Below are positions 1 through 10,291 of a stretch of 20,000 bases of DNA, piece by piece. Made by a program: the position numbers and the translations under genes. The stretch is taken from the NCBI RefSeq assembly GCF_004010195.1, contig NC_057759.1:2812267-2832266 (forward strand), read 5' to 3'. The notes under the pieces are model-generated. The model did no database searches, was not told the origin of the DNA, and saw only the letters and a program-made list of their open reading frames with translations. Numbering within the stretch: the first letter of the stretch is position 1; the number at the start of each line of letters is the position of its first letter. This stretch comes from Chiloscyllium plagiosum (lineage: Eukaryota).

Positions 1-105
1 ATACTGGCTAAAGGGATTAGATTATTTTAGGGTTTCTGGTCGACATGGACGAGTTGGACCAAATCGTCTTTTTCCATGCTGTAATCTCTAAGACTCTTTG
101 ACTCC
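1..105 (+). mobile_element. CR1 (HER1-like) LINE 3' end
   Basis: ggtcgacatggacgagttggacc...ttccatgctgtaatctctaagactct closely resembles the 3' UTR/tail of the CR1 copy at 2440-2519 in this window. Confidence 0.8.
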
Positions 106-329
106 ATGTTCTCTATTGCGGTCGTCAGGCTAACAATAGGCTCTATTGACACCTTTTCCTCATTATTTAAGAGGCCATGTTGGATACCTTCAAGTCAGTA
201 TGACCATTTCTAGAATGTATAGAATTATGAAATACAGAAGTCAATGCAGCAATTATGTTTTGGGAGTCATCGGACCCGATAACATGGCACTCATGAAATC
301 TAGATATCATTCATGAATCTTGGTAGATC

Positions 330-768
330 TATCGTTCCTGTTGGATGTTTGTACATTAAAGGATTGTGTATATCTTGTGAAACCTAAAGTGCTTGTTTAT
401 AGATTTGCCGTCTCCTATTGACTACTTTTCTGAGTTTTCAAAGCTTACTCCAGATGGCCTATTCCGTGGATATCTATATTTTCTTTGTTCAGTTTCACAT
501 GATTGATGTTGCATTCAAACTTAAAATTTTTAGATGTTATTGTCACTATTTCCTACAAGTCTATAACGTTGTGACCACTATTTCGCATTGGATCATTTAA
601 AAATACAGTATCAATCAACCTTTCTCATTACAACATATTAAAACCAACTTGGTCTGTTCCTAGAATGGTGCCTCAACCCTAGCCCAGGAAAACATTTTGT
701 ACACATTCCAGGAATTCATCTTCCATCATATTAATGCTGATTTCAGAATTGAGTCTCCTCATAAAGAT
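330..768 (-). mobile_element. Old, degraded CR1 ORF2 fragment (end of AP-endonuclease and linker)
   Basis: Minus-strand remnants EFLECVQNVF, CNEKGLI, NDPMRNSGHNVIDL and RRQIYKQA occur in the order of CR1 motifs EFLECI..FL, LVLCNE.GLI, PLG.SDHNMIEF and RQWQ.FKE. Many stops and frameshifts; boundaries approximate. Confidence 0.55.
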
Positions 769-1268
769 NNNNNNNNNNNNNNNNNNNNNNNNNNNNNNNN
801 NNNNNNNNNNNNNNNNNNNNNNNNNNNNNNNNNNNNNNNNNNNNNNNNNNNNNNNNNNNNNNNNNNNNNNNNNNNNNNNNNNNNNNNNNNNNNNNNNNNN
901 NNNNNNNNNNNNNNNNNNNNNNNNNNNNNNNNNNNNNNNNNNNNNNNNNNNNNNNNNNNNNNNNNNNNNNNNNNNNNNNNNNNNNNNNNNNNNNNNNNNN
1001 NNNNNNNNNNNNNNNNNNNNNNNNNNNNNNNNNNNNNNNNNNNNNNNNNNNNNNNNNNNNNNNNNNNNNNNNNNNNNNNNNNNNNNNNNNNNNNNNNNNN
1101 NNNNNNNNNNNNNNNNNNNNNNNNNNNNNNNNNNNNNNNNNNNNNNNNNNNNNNNNNNNNNNNNNNNNNNNNNNNNNNNNNNNNNNNNNNNNNNNNNNNN
1201 NNNNNNNNNNNNNNNNNNNNNNNNNNNNNNNNNNNNNNNNNNNNNNNNNNNNNNNNNNNNNNNNNNNN
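769..1268. other. Assembly gap (500 N)
   Basis: Run of N. Confidence 1.
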
Positions 1269-1339
1269 CTCATTAAGGGCACATTCCCGAAGGATCAACT
1301 CTCCTGCTTTGCTTTTCTAGTGCCACACTTCTTGAAGGT

Positions 1340-1452
1340 GTTTCTTTAAGCCTTCCTTCAACGTTTGGTCTGCTCTTTCTGCAAGACCACTGGGCGATGG
1401 GTGGTATGGAGCTATACTTCCATGCTAAATGCTATTTGCCTTTATGAAATTG
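1340..1452 (-). mobile_element. Ty3/Gypsy LTR-retrotransposon integrase core remnant
   Basis: Minus translation FIKANSI*HGSIAPYHPSPSGLAERADQTLKEGLKK matches the rve integrase motif F...NGI.H...APYHP.SNGLAER.VQT.K. Confidence 0.85.
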
Positions 1453-1456
1453 GAGT

Positions 1457-1566
1457 GTTGAGACAAAGGGCTAGGTGGAGTCCATTGAGTATGAGTTTCC
1501 TGATTGAGGCCATGAGGTTTGAACAATTAGGGGGATCTGGCTGACAGATAAAGACAGGAGTTTCAG
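1457..1566 (+). mobile_element. Possible partial LTR embedded in the Gypsy remnant
   Basis: Non-coding block starting TGTTGAG, with gattg/caatt CCAAT-like boxes and a gataaag TATA-like element, lying between the integrase and RT remnants. The LTR call is from recalled resemblance only. Confidence 0.4.
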
Positions 1567-1826
1567 ATGAGACCCCAGAAAGCAGTCTCCTCTATTGATA
1601 GAAACCTGTGTGGATAGTCATTTCAGTTTACTTCTGGGAATCCTTATCCAATTACAATTGCAGGCATGCATGGCTCATGCCCAGTTTTGTGAAGAACAGC
1701 AACCAGCCAGATTTGCATATTAGTCCTCTACTTGAGGGACCGGGTCGTTACCCAGCTGCTAAAAGCAGTTCGTTATTTCAAAATCCCACAAAGGAAAATC
1801 AACCCATTGTGCCTCACAACTGGTAT
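1567..1826 (-). mobile_element. Ty3/Gypsy reverse-transcriptase remnant (downstream part)
   Basis: Minus translation with frameshifts: IPVVRHNGLIFLCG..., PVPQVED*YANLAG, TKLGMSHACLQL*LDKDSQK, TIHTGFYQ, LLSGVS. These correspond to Gypsy RT VPV.K.DG..RLCGD, P.PRIEDL.A.LAG, FTKLD.SHAY.Q..LD..S, NTHKGLYQY.RLPFGVSS. Confidence 0.85.
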
Positions 1827-2519
1827 ATAGCTCCTTGAAAGTGGAGTCGCAGGTAGGTAGGATAGTAAGAAGGCGCTTGGTATGCTTTCCTTTATTGGTC
1901 AGAGTATGGAGTACAGGAGTTGGGAGGTCATGTTGCGGCTGTACAGGGCATTTGTTAGGCCACCTTTGGAATACTGCGTGCAATTCTGGTCTCCTTCCTA
2001 TCGGAAAGATATTGTGAAACTTGAAAGGGTTCAGAAAAGATGTACAAGGATGTTGCCAGAGTTGGAGGATCTGAGCTACAGGGCGAGGCTGAACAGGCTG
2101 GGGCTGTTTTCCCTGGAGCGTCAGAGGCTGAGGGGTGACCTTATACAGGTTTACCAAATTATGAGGGGCATGGATAGGATAAATAGACAAAGTATTTTCC
2201 CTGGGGTCGGGGGGTCCAGAACTAGAGGGCATAGGTTTAGAGTGAGAAGGGAAAGATTTAAAAGGGATCTAAGGGACAACTTGTTCACACAGAGGGTGGT
2301 ACGTGTATGGAATGAGCTGCCAGAGGATGTGGTGGAGGCTGGTACAATTGCAACATTTAAGAGACATTTGAAAGGGTATATGAATAGGAAGGGTTTGGAG
2401 GGATATGGGCCAGGTGCTGGCAGGAGGGACTAGATTGGGTTGGGATATCTGGTCGGCATGGACGGTTGGACCAAAGGGTCTGTTTCCATGCTGAAGATCT
2501 CCAAGACTTTATGACTCTA
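1827..2519 (+). mobile_element. 5'-truncated CR1 LINE (ORF2 C-terminus and 3' UTR) with TGGTAT target-site duplication
   Basis: ORF 1882-2433 (RPPLEYCVQFWSP...LERVQKR..RMLP...RGDLI...RTRGH...FTQRVVRVWNELP) is the typical CR1 ORF2 end. TGGTAT flanks both sides (1821-1826 and 2520-2525). Confidence 0.95.
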
Positions 2520-2680
2520 TGGTATGACTGGTGATGTCCACTCTGCAAACTGGACAGGTTTGATGACGCCTTCGCTTTCCAGCCTCTTGATATCTGCCTC
2601 TACTTTTACACATCAAATTAATGGCACTGAACGGGCCTCGTCAAATTATGGAATTGATTCTTGGCCTCTTTGGTCGTCCC
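2520..2680 (-). mobile_element. Ty3/Gypsy reverse-transcriptase remnant (upstream part)
   Basis: Minus translation VEADIKRLESEGVIKPVQFAEWTSPVIP, which continues in register into IPVVRHNG on the far side of the CR1. Confidence 0.85.
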
Positions 2681-2689
2681 TGCAGCCTG

Positions 2690-2987
2690 TAGCAGTGAAT
2701 CACTGCACCAGGGAGCAGGGTTTGGTTCCACCCTCAGACAACTACCTGTGTGGAGTTTGCATTTTCACCCGATGGCTCCATGGGTTTCCTCCTGATGCTC
2801 CAATTTCCTCCCACAGTCTAAGGATGTGCAAGTTAGTTTGAATGGCTAAGCCTAATTGCCTTTTATGCAGATTAACCCTGGGAAGTGCAGGGTTACAGGA
2901 GATGTCTGGGTGGGGTACTCTTCGGAAGACCAGTGTGAACTCGATGGGCAAATGACCTTCTTTCCTACAGTAGATATTCTATTCTAT
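2690..2987 (+). mobile_element. Diverged HE1-type V-SINE
   Basis: Central tgtgtggagtttgca...tgggtttcctcc...tttcctcccacagtc domain, shared with copies at 8926 and 16040; ends in an attctattctat tail. Confidence 0.85.
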
Positions 2988-2994
2988 AAGCTTG

Positions 2995-3610
2995 TTGAAA
3001 AAAAAAACCTTGCCAATATTTAATTAGGACTTTAGACAGGCAGTCATTTTTCAATTGGAAAATGTTGGGCTAATCAAGCTGAATCTTTCTTAAATAATTT
3101 CACCATCAAGTTTGGGCCCGAGACTTTCAGTACAGTCAGTGCTAACTGAATCAGTGGCTTCTCACAAGAGGCCAGAACCGAAGTTGTATCCTTAATTGGT
3201 AGGAGTCAAAAACAATATAACTGTTCCAAATCAGCTATAAGTGGACTTTCCCGGGTGTGCACCATCCCAGATACCAACTTGTGAGTTCTGTTACTCAATT
3301 CAGGCCGACTGGGCATCATGTGCTGTCTTTTGTCCACATATAAACAGGAACCACAATCACCTGCTGGCCTGCATGAGTACAATTTTTAAACATGAACCAT
3401 TCGCTATCTGTCAGCAACCACTTTAATATGGCTCCACAATCCACCTTGCTAATTCATGCTTCTTAAATCATACATCCCTTTATTTAGATCCAGGACCCTA
3501 GCCTCTAGTTCACCTACTTGGCTCTTCATCTTCATGAAGAATGCTGTCACATTATAGTCACTCTTCTCCAAAGGATCTTTGTATAACAAGAGCGTTAATG
3601 CAAAATTTCT
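2995..3610 (-). mobile_element. Old CR1 ORF2 fragment (endonuclease end to start of RT)
   Basis: KDPLEKSDYNVTAFFMKMKS...RVLDLNKGMY, then VDCGAILK..TDSEWFMFK, resembling CR1 PLGKSDHNMIEF...LNLNKGNY...VDW...DRQWQ.FK. The lower boundary is approximate. Confidence 0.65.
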
Positions 3611-3689
3611 CATTGTGAAGTATCCCATCCAGATTAGGCTGTTGTCCAGTTGGTTCTTCAAGGATAAAGGGCCATTCCCGTTCACTCTT

Positions 3690-3790
3690 TGAGACGATGG
3701 CTTCCTAACACTTTCACAAGGGCAACTAGGAACAGGCAATAAATACTGGCCAGCCAGTGACACCCACATCCCTCAAATCAATTTTAAAAA
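3690..3790 (+). mobile_element. LINE/SINE 3' tail (CR1/L2-clade type)
   Basis: caagggcaactagg..ggcaataaatactggccagccagtgacacccacatccc followed by an A-rich end. A related copy lies at 19650-19725. Confidence 0.6.
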
Positions 3791-3929
3791 TACACATACA
3801 CATTCTCATGAAAACATTCCACCATTTTGTTTTGTCAAATGTCTATGTCAATTTAAAGTCACTCAAGATTACCGTTGCACTGTTATTGTAAGAACCTCTG
3901 ATGTCTTGCTGAATGTCTGATTACACTTG

Positions 3930-4560
3930 TAGGAAGGCTAATGGAACGTTAATCCATTATTACACGAGGATTTGAGTACAGGAGCAGTTAAGGTTTGTTT
4001 CAGATGCATACGATTTTGGTTCAGCTGTACCTGCAGGTCTGTGTGGAGTGTGGGTCCCCTTATCTCAGAAAATATGTTATTTCCATGTAGAGAGAGAGCC
4101 ATGAAGATTCGCCAGATTTGCCCCTGTGATGGGGCCAACATCCTATAAAGAGACAGTGGGCAAACTGGCATTGGATGGATGTGCGATGATATTATTGAAA
4201 ATAAAATAACACAATTCTTAAAGAGACATGTTGCCTATAGTTTGAATATTTGCTGATTGCAGGAAATGAGAACCGGGCAGCATTTTAAAGTAAGTGGGAT
4301 TTCAAAGATGATGGTTTATTTTGTTCTGTTCATTAGATGGTAATCTTTTAGAATTATCTACCTGCAGGGTGCTAAGATCACTCTTTCACTGTATATGTTT
4401 AAGATGGATGCTGCTAAATTTCTCATCACCAATCTTCAAGTAGGTTATGGGATGGAGTGTGTAAAATGCATTTTCGTGCTCAATCAGCCATGTTCGTATT
4501 CAGTAGGACAGCAGGTTGATTGGGATGAATCGCCCACTCCTGTTATTACGTTCCTCTGTT
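3930..4560 (+). mobile_element. Old diverged CR1 3' fragment
   Basis: Remnants RKANG.L...RGFEYRS, then a CR1-like 3' region ending in gatgaatcgcccactcctgtt..cgttcctctgtt. Confidence 0.6.
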
Positions 4561-4707
4561 GTGAAAGAAATGGATCTAGTTTCTTTTCTTTCAGAAATTT
4601 ACTCAAGCACTTTCCTTCTCTAACAATGAAATATTGATCTAAAATGCACAACTTATACAGTTGTTGGCTCAAAAACTTGTTTTCTGAATTAGTGGCCATG
4701 AAAATGT

Positions 4708-5292
4708 AGTCATAGTTTCATAGAGAAAGACAGCATGGAAACAGACCCTTAGGTCGAATTTGTCCATGCCCAACAGATATCCTAAATCAATTTGATTGCA
4801 GAGGATGAGAACCGGGCTAGTACTTGGCCCATATCGCTGTTACCATTCCTATTCGCATTCCCATACAGATGTCTTTTAAATGTTGCAATTGTACCAGCCT
4901 CCATCACTTTCTCTGGCAGCCTATTCGTTACATGCACCATGCTTTGCTTGAAAACGTTACCCCTTAAGTCCCTTTTAAATTTTGCTCCTTTCACCCTAAG
5001 TCTATGCATTCCAGTTTTGATCAATTACCACCACCCAAACTACCACCACCCCAGGGAAAAGATTTTGTATGTTTACCATATCCATGCCACTGATGATCTT
5101 GTAACCTCCAAAAGGTTACAAACCTCAGCCACCGACGTTTCAGAGAAAACAGCCCCAGCCTACTCAGCCTCTCCCGAAAGCTCAAGCCCTCCAATCCTGG
5201 TAACATCCTTGTAAATCTTTTCTGAACTCTTTTAAGCTTCACAACATCCTTCCTGTAGGAGGGAGACCAGATTGCATGCGATATTGCGAAAG
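4708..5292 (-). mobile_element. 5'-truncated CR1 LINE
   Basis: Minus ORFs KLKRVQKRFTRMLPGLEGLSFRERLSRLGLFSL and HRLRVKGAKFKRDLRGNVF...EAGTIATFKRHL; 3' tail near 4710-4770. Confidence 0.93.
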
Positions 5293-5537
5293 TATGAGAT
5301 TATACTACAACTGTCCTTTGTCTCAGGGAAGGATTGAAGATTATCCACGACTGAATCAAGCCTCATCAAAGCAAGTATTTCCAGTCAGTACATCTGACAA
5401 ATATGTGTTTCTGTAAACAACAGCTTCACCACATCTTAATTTAACTCTCGACCTGGCAAAGCAGCATTGGCAACTTTGTTTATTTCTCGTATATTATAGG
5501 TAAGATGGAGTCTAACGGTAGAAATGTTGCATGTGAC

Positions 5538-5560
5538 GATAGATAGTCAGAGAGATAGAC

Positions 5561-5623
<63 letters not shown>
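5538..5623. repeat. (GATA)n microsatellite
   Basis: About 20 GATA units, degenerate at the 5' side. Confidence 0.98.
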
Positions 5624-6345
5624 AGGTGCGCAATCACCTCTATTCAAGGCCTGAAAGGACCCTCCCACATCCATCAAAGTTTCACCTGAACATCCACCAA
5701 TATCATTTCTTGTATCCATTGTTCCCGATGCGGTCTCCTTTACATTGGGGAGACTGGGCGCCTTCACGCAGAGCACTTTAAGGAACATCTCCAGGACACC
5801 CGCATCAATTAACTCCACCGCCCCATGGCCTAATTTTTCAACTCCCCCTCCCACTCTGCCGAGGACATGCAGGTCCTGGGCCTCCTCCACCGCCACTCCC
5901 TCACCACCCGACGTCTGGAGCATGAATGCCTCATCTTCTGCCACAGAACACTGCAACCCCACAGCATTAATGTAGACATCACCAGTTTCCTCATTTCCTC
6001 TGCCTCCACCTTATCTCAGCACCAAACTTCCAGCTCAGCACCATCCTCATGACCTGTCCTACTTGCCAATCTTCCTTCCTACCTTTCGGCTCTTTCCTCT
6101 CTCTGACCTATCACCTTCATCCCCACCCCCATCCGCCCATTGTACTCTTTGCTGCCTTCTATGCAGAACCAACACCCCTTCCATTTATCTCTCCAGCCTG
6201 GAGGCTCTCCCGCCATTCCTGATGAAGGGCTTTTGCCTGAAGTTTCGATTTTCCTGCTCCGCGGATGCTACCTGACCTGCTGTTGTTTACCAGCATCATT
6301 CTAATCTAGATTCTGGTTTCCAGCATCTGCAGTACTCACTTTCCC
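5624..6345 (+). mobile_element. Penelope-like element 3' part (GIY-YIG endonuclease and pseudo-LTR)
   Basis: HQSFT*TSTNIISCIHCSRCGLLYIGETGR is the PLE GIY-YIG motif. The terminus has cctgatgaagggcttttgcctgaag and ends ...ccagcatctgcagt. Confidence 0.9.
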
Positions 6346-6487
6346 ATAGATGGATGGAAATGACATTTGCTACATAAATCTCTAATAATACTTTTCATGA
6401 TAGATTACATATCTATCAAAATTGCACGATTTCATTCAGACTGTAACTCCTGAGCCCTGGTTTAATGTGCATGTCTTCCTTTCTTAC

Positions 6488-9400
6488 CTTCATATACCTC
6501 CCATCGATGAAAAAAATAATGAAATGATAGGATTTGTTGTCAAACATCATGCTACGAACAGAATTAACCCAGTGATGTCAAAAAGTTAGAAACAAGATTA
6601 AATCACAAACGTTAAATATTAACCCTTGGGGAAAAAGGAATGCACTAATTAGGCAACAACTCCATTGAAATAACTTTCAAGTAGTAAACAAAAATTCTAT
6701 ACCATCTGACAATGCTTCCCGCTAAATTTCCGTCAGAATTCAGACACATATAAATCATATTCCGAGTTACTTACACCATTGTTTTCATGGAAGGGAAGAT
6801 CGAGTTAATGTTTGCATATAACTCCTTTTTTCAAGAAGGGAAAGGTGTGAATTTTTCCCAGAAGAGAAACAATCCTGAAGCTGGCAGGATCTCCAAGTGT
6901 CTCTCTCACTCCAGTACGTGAACCACACTGACAAATTCTGCAAGAGTCTGTATACTACTTTTTAAATTATCTACTAATCTCGTTACGTAGCCAGAGAAGT
7001 TTTTTTTTCAAGATGTGTGAAAGCGGTGTTGCAATTGCAACAAAATAAGGACTGAAAACATGCACGGAAACAAAACTGTATTGCTGTTTCAGATGGATGG
7101 AAATCAATTCTTCTTGGAATTGTATCTCATTCCGGAGTGTGCAGTAGACAGAACCGTGACTGAAAACTTTTCTTTACAAAATAAAAGTGGTGGACACCGT
7201 GCAACATTGCACATATGTCACCCCTGACAGAGGAAATGTCGCACTGGAGGCAACATCTCAGCATCTATGGAATACCAACGATTAAATGATGGCTTTGTTG
7301 CAATTGTCTCATGCCTTCAGCTGAGAGAAAACAGATAAGATTAAAGTCCACCAGCACAAGTTCCAAGGTTCAAGCTCACGCGTATTGCTGCGAGATAAAG
7401 ACGTTAGCTTGGTCTGACAGTGAGAATCAGCAGACGCGCATACACACATCGGCAATGCCTACTGTCACCGCCCCTAGCGTTCACAGCGCAGAATCACAGA
7501 TTGGAACAGTGCTATCAGATCAGATAGCAGGGAAAGATTATTTTATGGTCAAATACTGTCAAAGTGGGGAGTGATTCCCTCAATCCTGGAGAACGGTTCA
7601 TTTCTTTCCTCTGTTGAATTTATCTACACCCATGTGCCCATTAATTAAATAATCTGTGTCCGCTAGCAAATGGTATTAAGTTCTGGAAATGGTTGAGGTG
7701 GGTACATTGACAACATTTAGAAGGTATTTGGACAATTACATGGATTGTAAAGGTTTGGAAGGATATGGGCCTAATGCAGGGAAATGGTGTTAGAGTGGCT
7801 GGACATCTTGGTCAGCATGGAGCACATTGAACTGTCTCCATGCTGTAGGACCCTATGGCCGAAACAATATTTCAGGTGAAGCAGCATTTCAACTGTACCT
7901 CCTCTAATAATATGTATTGAACTCGCTGCACTCAATGTGGCCTACTCTACATTGGCGAAACCAAATACAGACAAGATGAACACTTTACAGAACACCTCCA
8001 GTGTGTGCACAAGCAAGACCCCAACTTTTTTGGCAGCCAGTCAATTTAACACAGGTCACATGCCAATGTGTCCTTCCTCGGCATGTTGCAGTGTTCCAGT
8101 GAATCACAGTGTAAACTTGAAGGGAAAAAGTCTCATCTTCACACTAGGCACTTTGCAAGGGTTTGGAATTAATGTTGAGATCAACACCTTCAATTTGTGA
8201 ATCCACTCCCTCCCGTTCTCTTAGCTATGTCATCTCTCCACTCCAACCCCTCATGCTGCCTGCTCCCCCCCTCCATTTCAGTAAGGATTTTCTGTCCTTT
8301 CAAGTCTGGCAGGAATGTGATGGACCAGTCGGCCTCCTAAACATATTTCGCAAAGGGGTCCCAGTCCGGAAGGCAAAATTATTAAATTATGAACATATGG
8401 CAATGAACCTGTTCTAAAATGTATTCAGAGGTTAAAAGAAAACTGCAGATGTTGGAATGCAGGCAGGAGGCTGGAAGGACACTGCAGGCCAGACAGCATC
8501 AGACAGTGAAAAAGTCGACGTTCGGTTGAAACCTTTCTCCAGAATTATTCTGAAGAAGGATTACACCCGAAACCTTGACTTCTCCACACGGAAATATATT
8601 CAAACAGGCAAAGACGAACGGGTTGTTAGCCTTCTGTAAAGGTTGGCTGTCACGATTTATAACTCTCTATGATTATTCGTGGAGCATACTTGGGAAGTCA
8701 CGTACTCTACTTGGTGCAGAACTGAACCACGGGAGGTGGCAGAATTTGAAGTCTGAATCGTAGAAGGCGATTTCCTCATCTACTGACTAACAGCAGAAAC
8801 ATCGCCGCTCAGCATGAGAATATCGCTTCGAAAAGGTTATATTTTAAATTTAATGGAGCAACATGTAAATGAAATAAATTCGAATAGGGAGATACTTTCA
8901 AAGCAACCGTTGACACATAAATAATGGGCAGCACGGTGGCACAGTGGTTAGCACTGCTGCCTCACAGCGCTGGAGACCCGCATTCAATTCCCGCCTCAGG
9001 CAACTGTCTGTGTGGAGTTTGCACATTCTCCCTGTGTCTACGTGGGTTTCCTCCGAGTGCTTCAGTTTCCTCCCACAGTCCAAAAATGCGCAGGTTAGGT
9101 GAATTGGCCATGCTAAATTGCCCGTAGACCATTAATGTGAACACCTTAGTTTTGTGAAGAAACCGTGCACAGAAGAGTTGACATCATACTGGTGAAGGGA
9201 GAGCATGGAACACTAACAAGAAACAATTAACTGGAAACCTAAAGCAGTAAAAACTGATACAATAAAAGTGGGAAGCATGTCAACTCAAAGACGAGTACGT
9301 GATTGTTTTTCTTTAAAATGAAACAAACATATGCGGCAGTGAGTCAGTAAAACCGTGATTACGTCAAACAGTGCCCAACTTCTTTGATTTACCTGGAACT

Positions 9401-10291
9401 CCAATCGCTGCACCCATAGGATAGTAAATAGCAGACCCAAGGCCTTTTGGTTATCCGTGCGTTTCTTCAGAAATGTGAGCTCTGCAGTTCATGGAAATAA
9501 TCCAATATATATAGTTAATGCCAAACACAAGGATTCTACTTGAAACAAACATATTTATGAAGTTGCTGACAATCTCATGTTTATTATTTTGAAAAATTGT
9601 ATTTGGCTTTTAAAAAGTCGCACACGAATTTACGACGGAGGCCCATAGACCATCCCATGACATCAGATATGCTTCATTAATCTTTATTATATAAGAACAA
9701 AAAATGGCATTTGTTCATTCGAAAATTATTGACATAAGGGCCTTCCTGCCGAGTTAGGTGGTTTGAAAATAATCCATAACTAACCAGAGATATCTGGTTC
9801 CTCAATGAAAGACGGTTTTTGTTGACATCCGAAATGCTGCGTGCGCACTCATTCAGGGATGTCCATGAACAGAGCTCCATTCCCGTTAGATGACGTTAAA
9901 TTTCGATGAAGACACACAAAAGAGGCACTACACAGCTGCCGAGAAGTTGTGATGTCACTGAGCAAGTAATCCAAAACCTTGACTTGGTGATACTGTACTG
10001 GCATGTATCTAAACGCCAGCGTGAGAAGTAGTGAAATTTGAATTCAATAAAAATCTAAAGTCGAAAGCCAGCAGAATGTTTGTTTTAAATAAATCTGATT
10101 CAATCATGTATTTCCAGGAAAGTTTTTCTTTGTTCTGAAAATTGATTTTTACACGCAATAAGATGTAATCGAGGTTTGCACCCATAACTCCCACTGCTTT
10201 GTCGACCACCGAGATGAAATGTTAACTCATCATCTATATTTCTTGTTCACCTCCAAGGAAAAGTCCGTCTGGTATAAGGTTGATACTGATC
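6488..10291 (-). CDS. Putative internal exons of an unidentified multi-exon gene (hand-built model)
   Basis: Segments 10291-10251, 10008-9978, 9836-9785, 9481-9393, 8786-8706, 6824-6775 and 6551-6488 all have AG/GT borders (donors gtgaac, gttttg, gttagt, gtaaat, gtacgt, gtaagt, gtaaga). Their phases are compatible, giving 136 stop-free codons: DQYQPYTRRTFPWRYMPVQYHQVKHFGCQQKPSFIEEPDISELTFLKKRTDNQKALGLLFTILWVQRLEFQSVDEEIAFYDSDFKFCHLPWFSSAPSRELYANINSIFPSMKTMVMMFDNKSYHFIIFFIDGRYMK. No homolog recognised, and alternative micro-exons exist. Confidence 0.45.
7685..7858 (+). mobile_element. Short CR1 3' fragment
   Basis: VEVGTLTTFRRYLDNYMDCKGLEGYGPNAGKW plus a tail like that at 2335-2519. Confidence 0.85.
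7868..8285 (+). mobile_element. Diverged Penelope-like GIY-YIG fragment
   Basis: FQVKQHFNCTSSNNMY*TRCTQCGLLYIGETKYRQDEHFTEHL and KLEG..LIFTLGTLQ.FGINVE. Confidence 0.85.
8435..8588. mobile_element. Penelope pseudo-LTR remnant in inverted arrangement
   Basis: The minus-strand copy (aaaactgcagatgttggaat...gtcgacgttcgg...tctccagaa) abuts a plus-strand copy (ttctgaagaagg...cccgaaaccttgacttctcc). Confidence 0.75.
8926..9128 (+). mobile_element. HE1-type tRNA-derived V-SINE, 3'-truncated
   Basis: gggcagcacggtggcacagtggttagcactgctgcctcacagcg (A box), cattcaattccc (B box), then the conserved central domain tgtgtggagtttgcacattctcc. Confidence 0.93.

Noticed and set aside
697..1320. ORFs spanning N runs (also 11060-12113 and 16844-17307)
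   Set aside because: Artefacts of translating gaps.
3103..3407. Apparent minus-strand exons with AG/GT borders
   Set aside because: They translate as decayed CR1 ORF2 (VDCGAILK..DSEWFMFK), so the splice-like signals are coincidental. This is also a caution for the gene model elsewhere.
6775..6824. ELYANINSIFP resembling the PNLDC1/PARN motif (NIHSLFP..DTK)
   Set aside because: The DTK and DEDD catalytic motifs are absent, and the similarity is too short to be meaningful.
8926..9000. tRNA gene
   Set aside because: It is the tRNA-derived head of a SINE and continues into the SINE central domain.
9393..9450. Alternative frame PKGLGSAIYYPMGAAIGVP, faintly like CATSPERB
   Set aside because: It is preceded by an in-frame TAA, it is out of phase with the next exon, and neighbouring exons show no CatSper similarity.
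9814..9850. Perfect RSS nonamer GGTTTTTGT, suggesting an Ig/TCR J segment
   Set aside because: No CACTGTG-like heptamer at 12 or 23 bp spacing and no FGXG/WGXG motif downstream.
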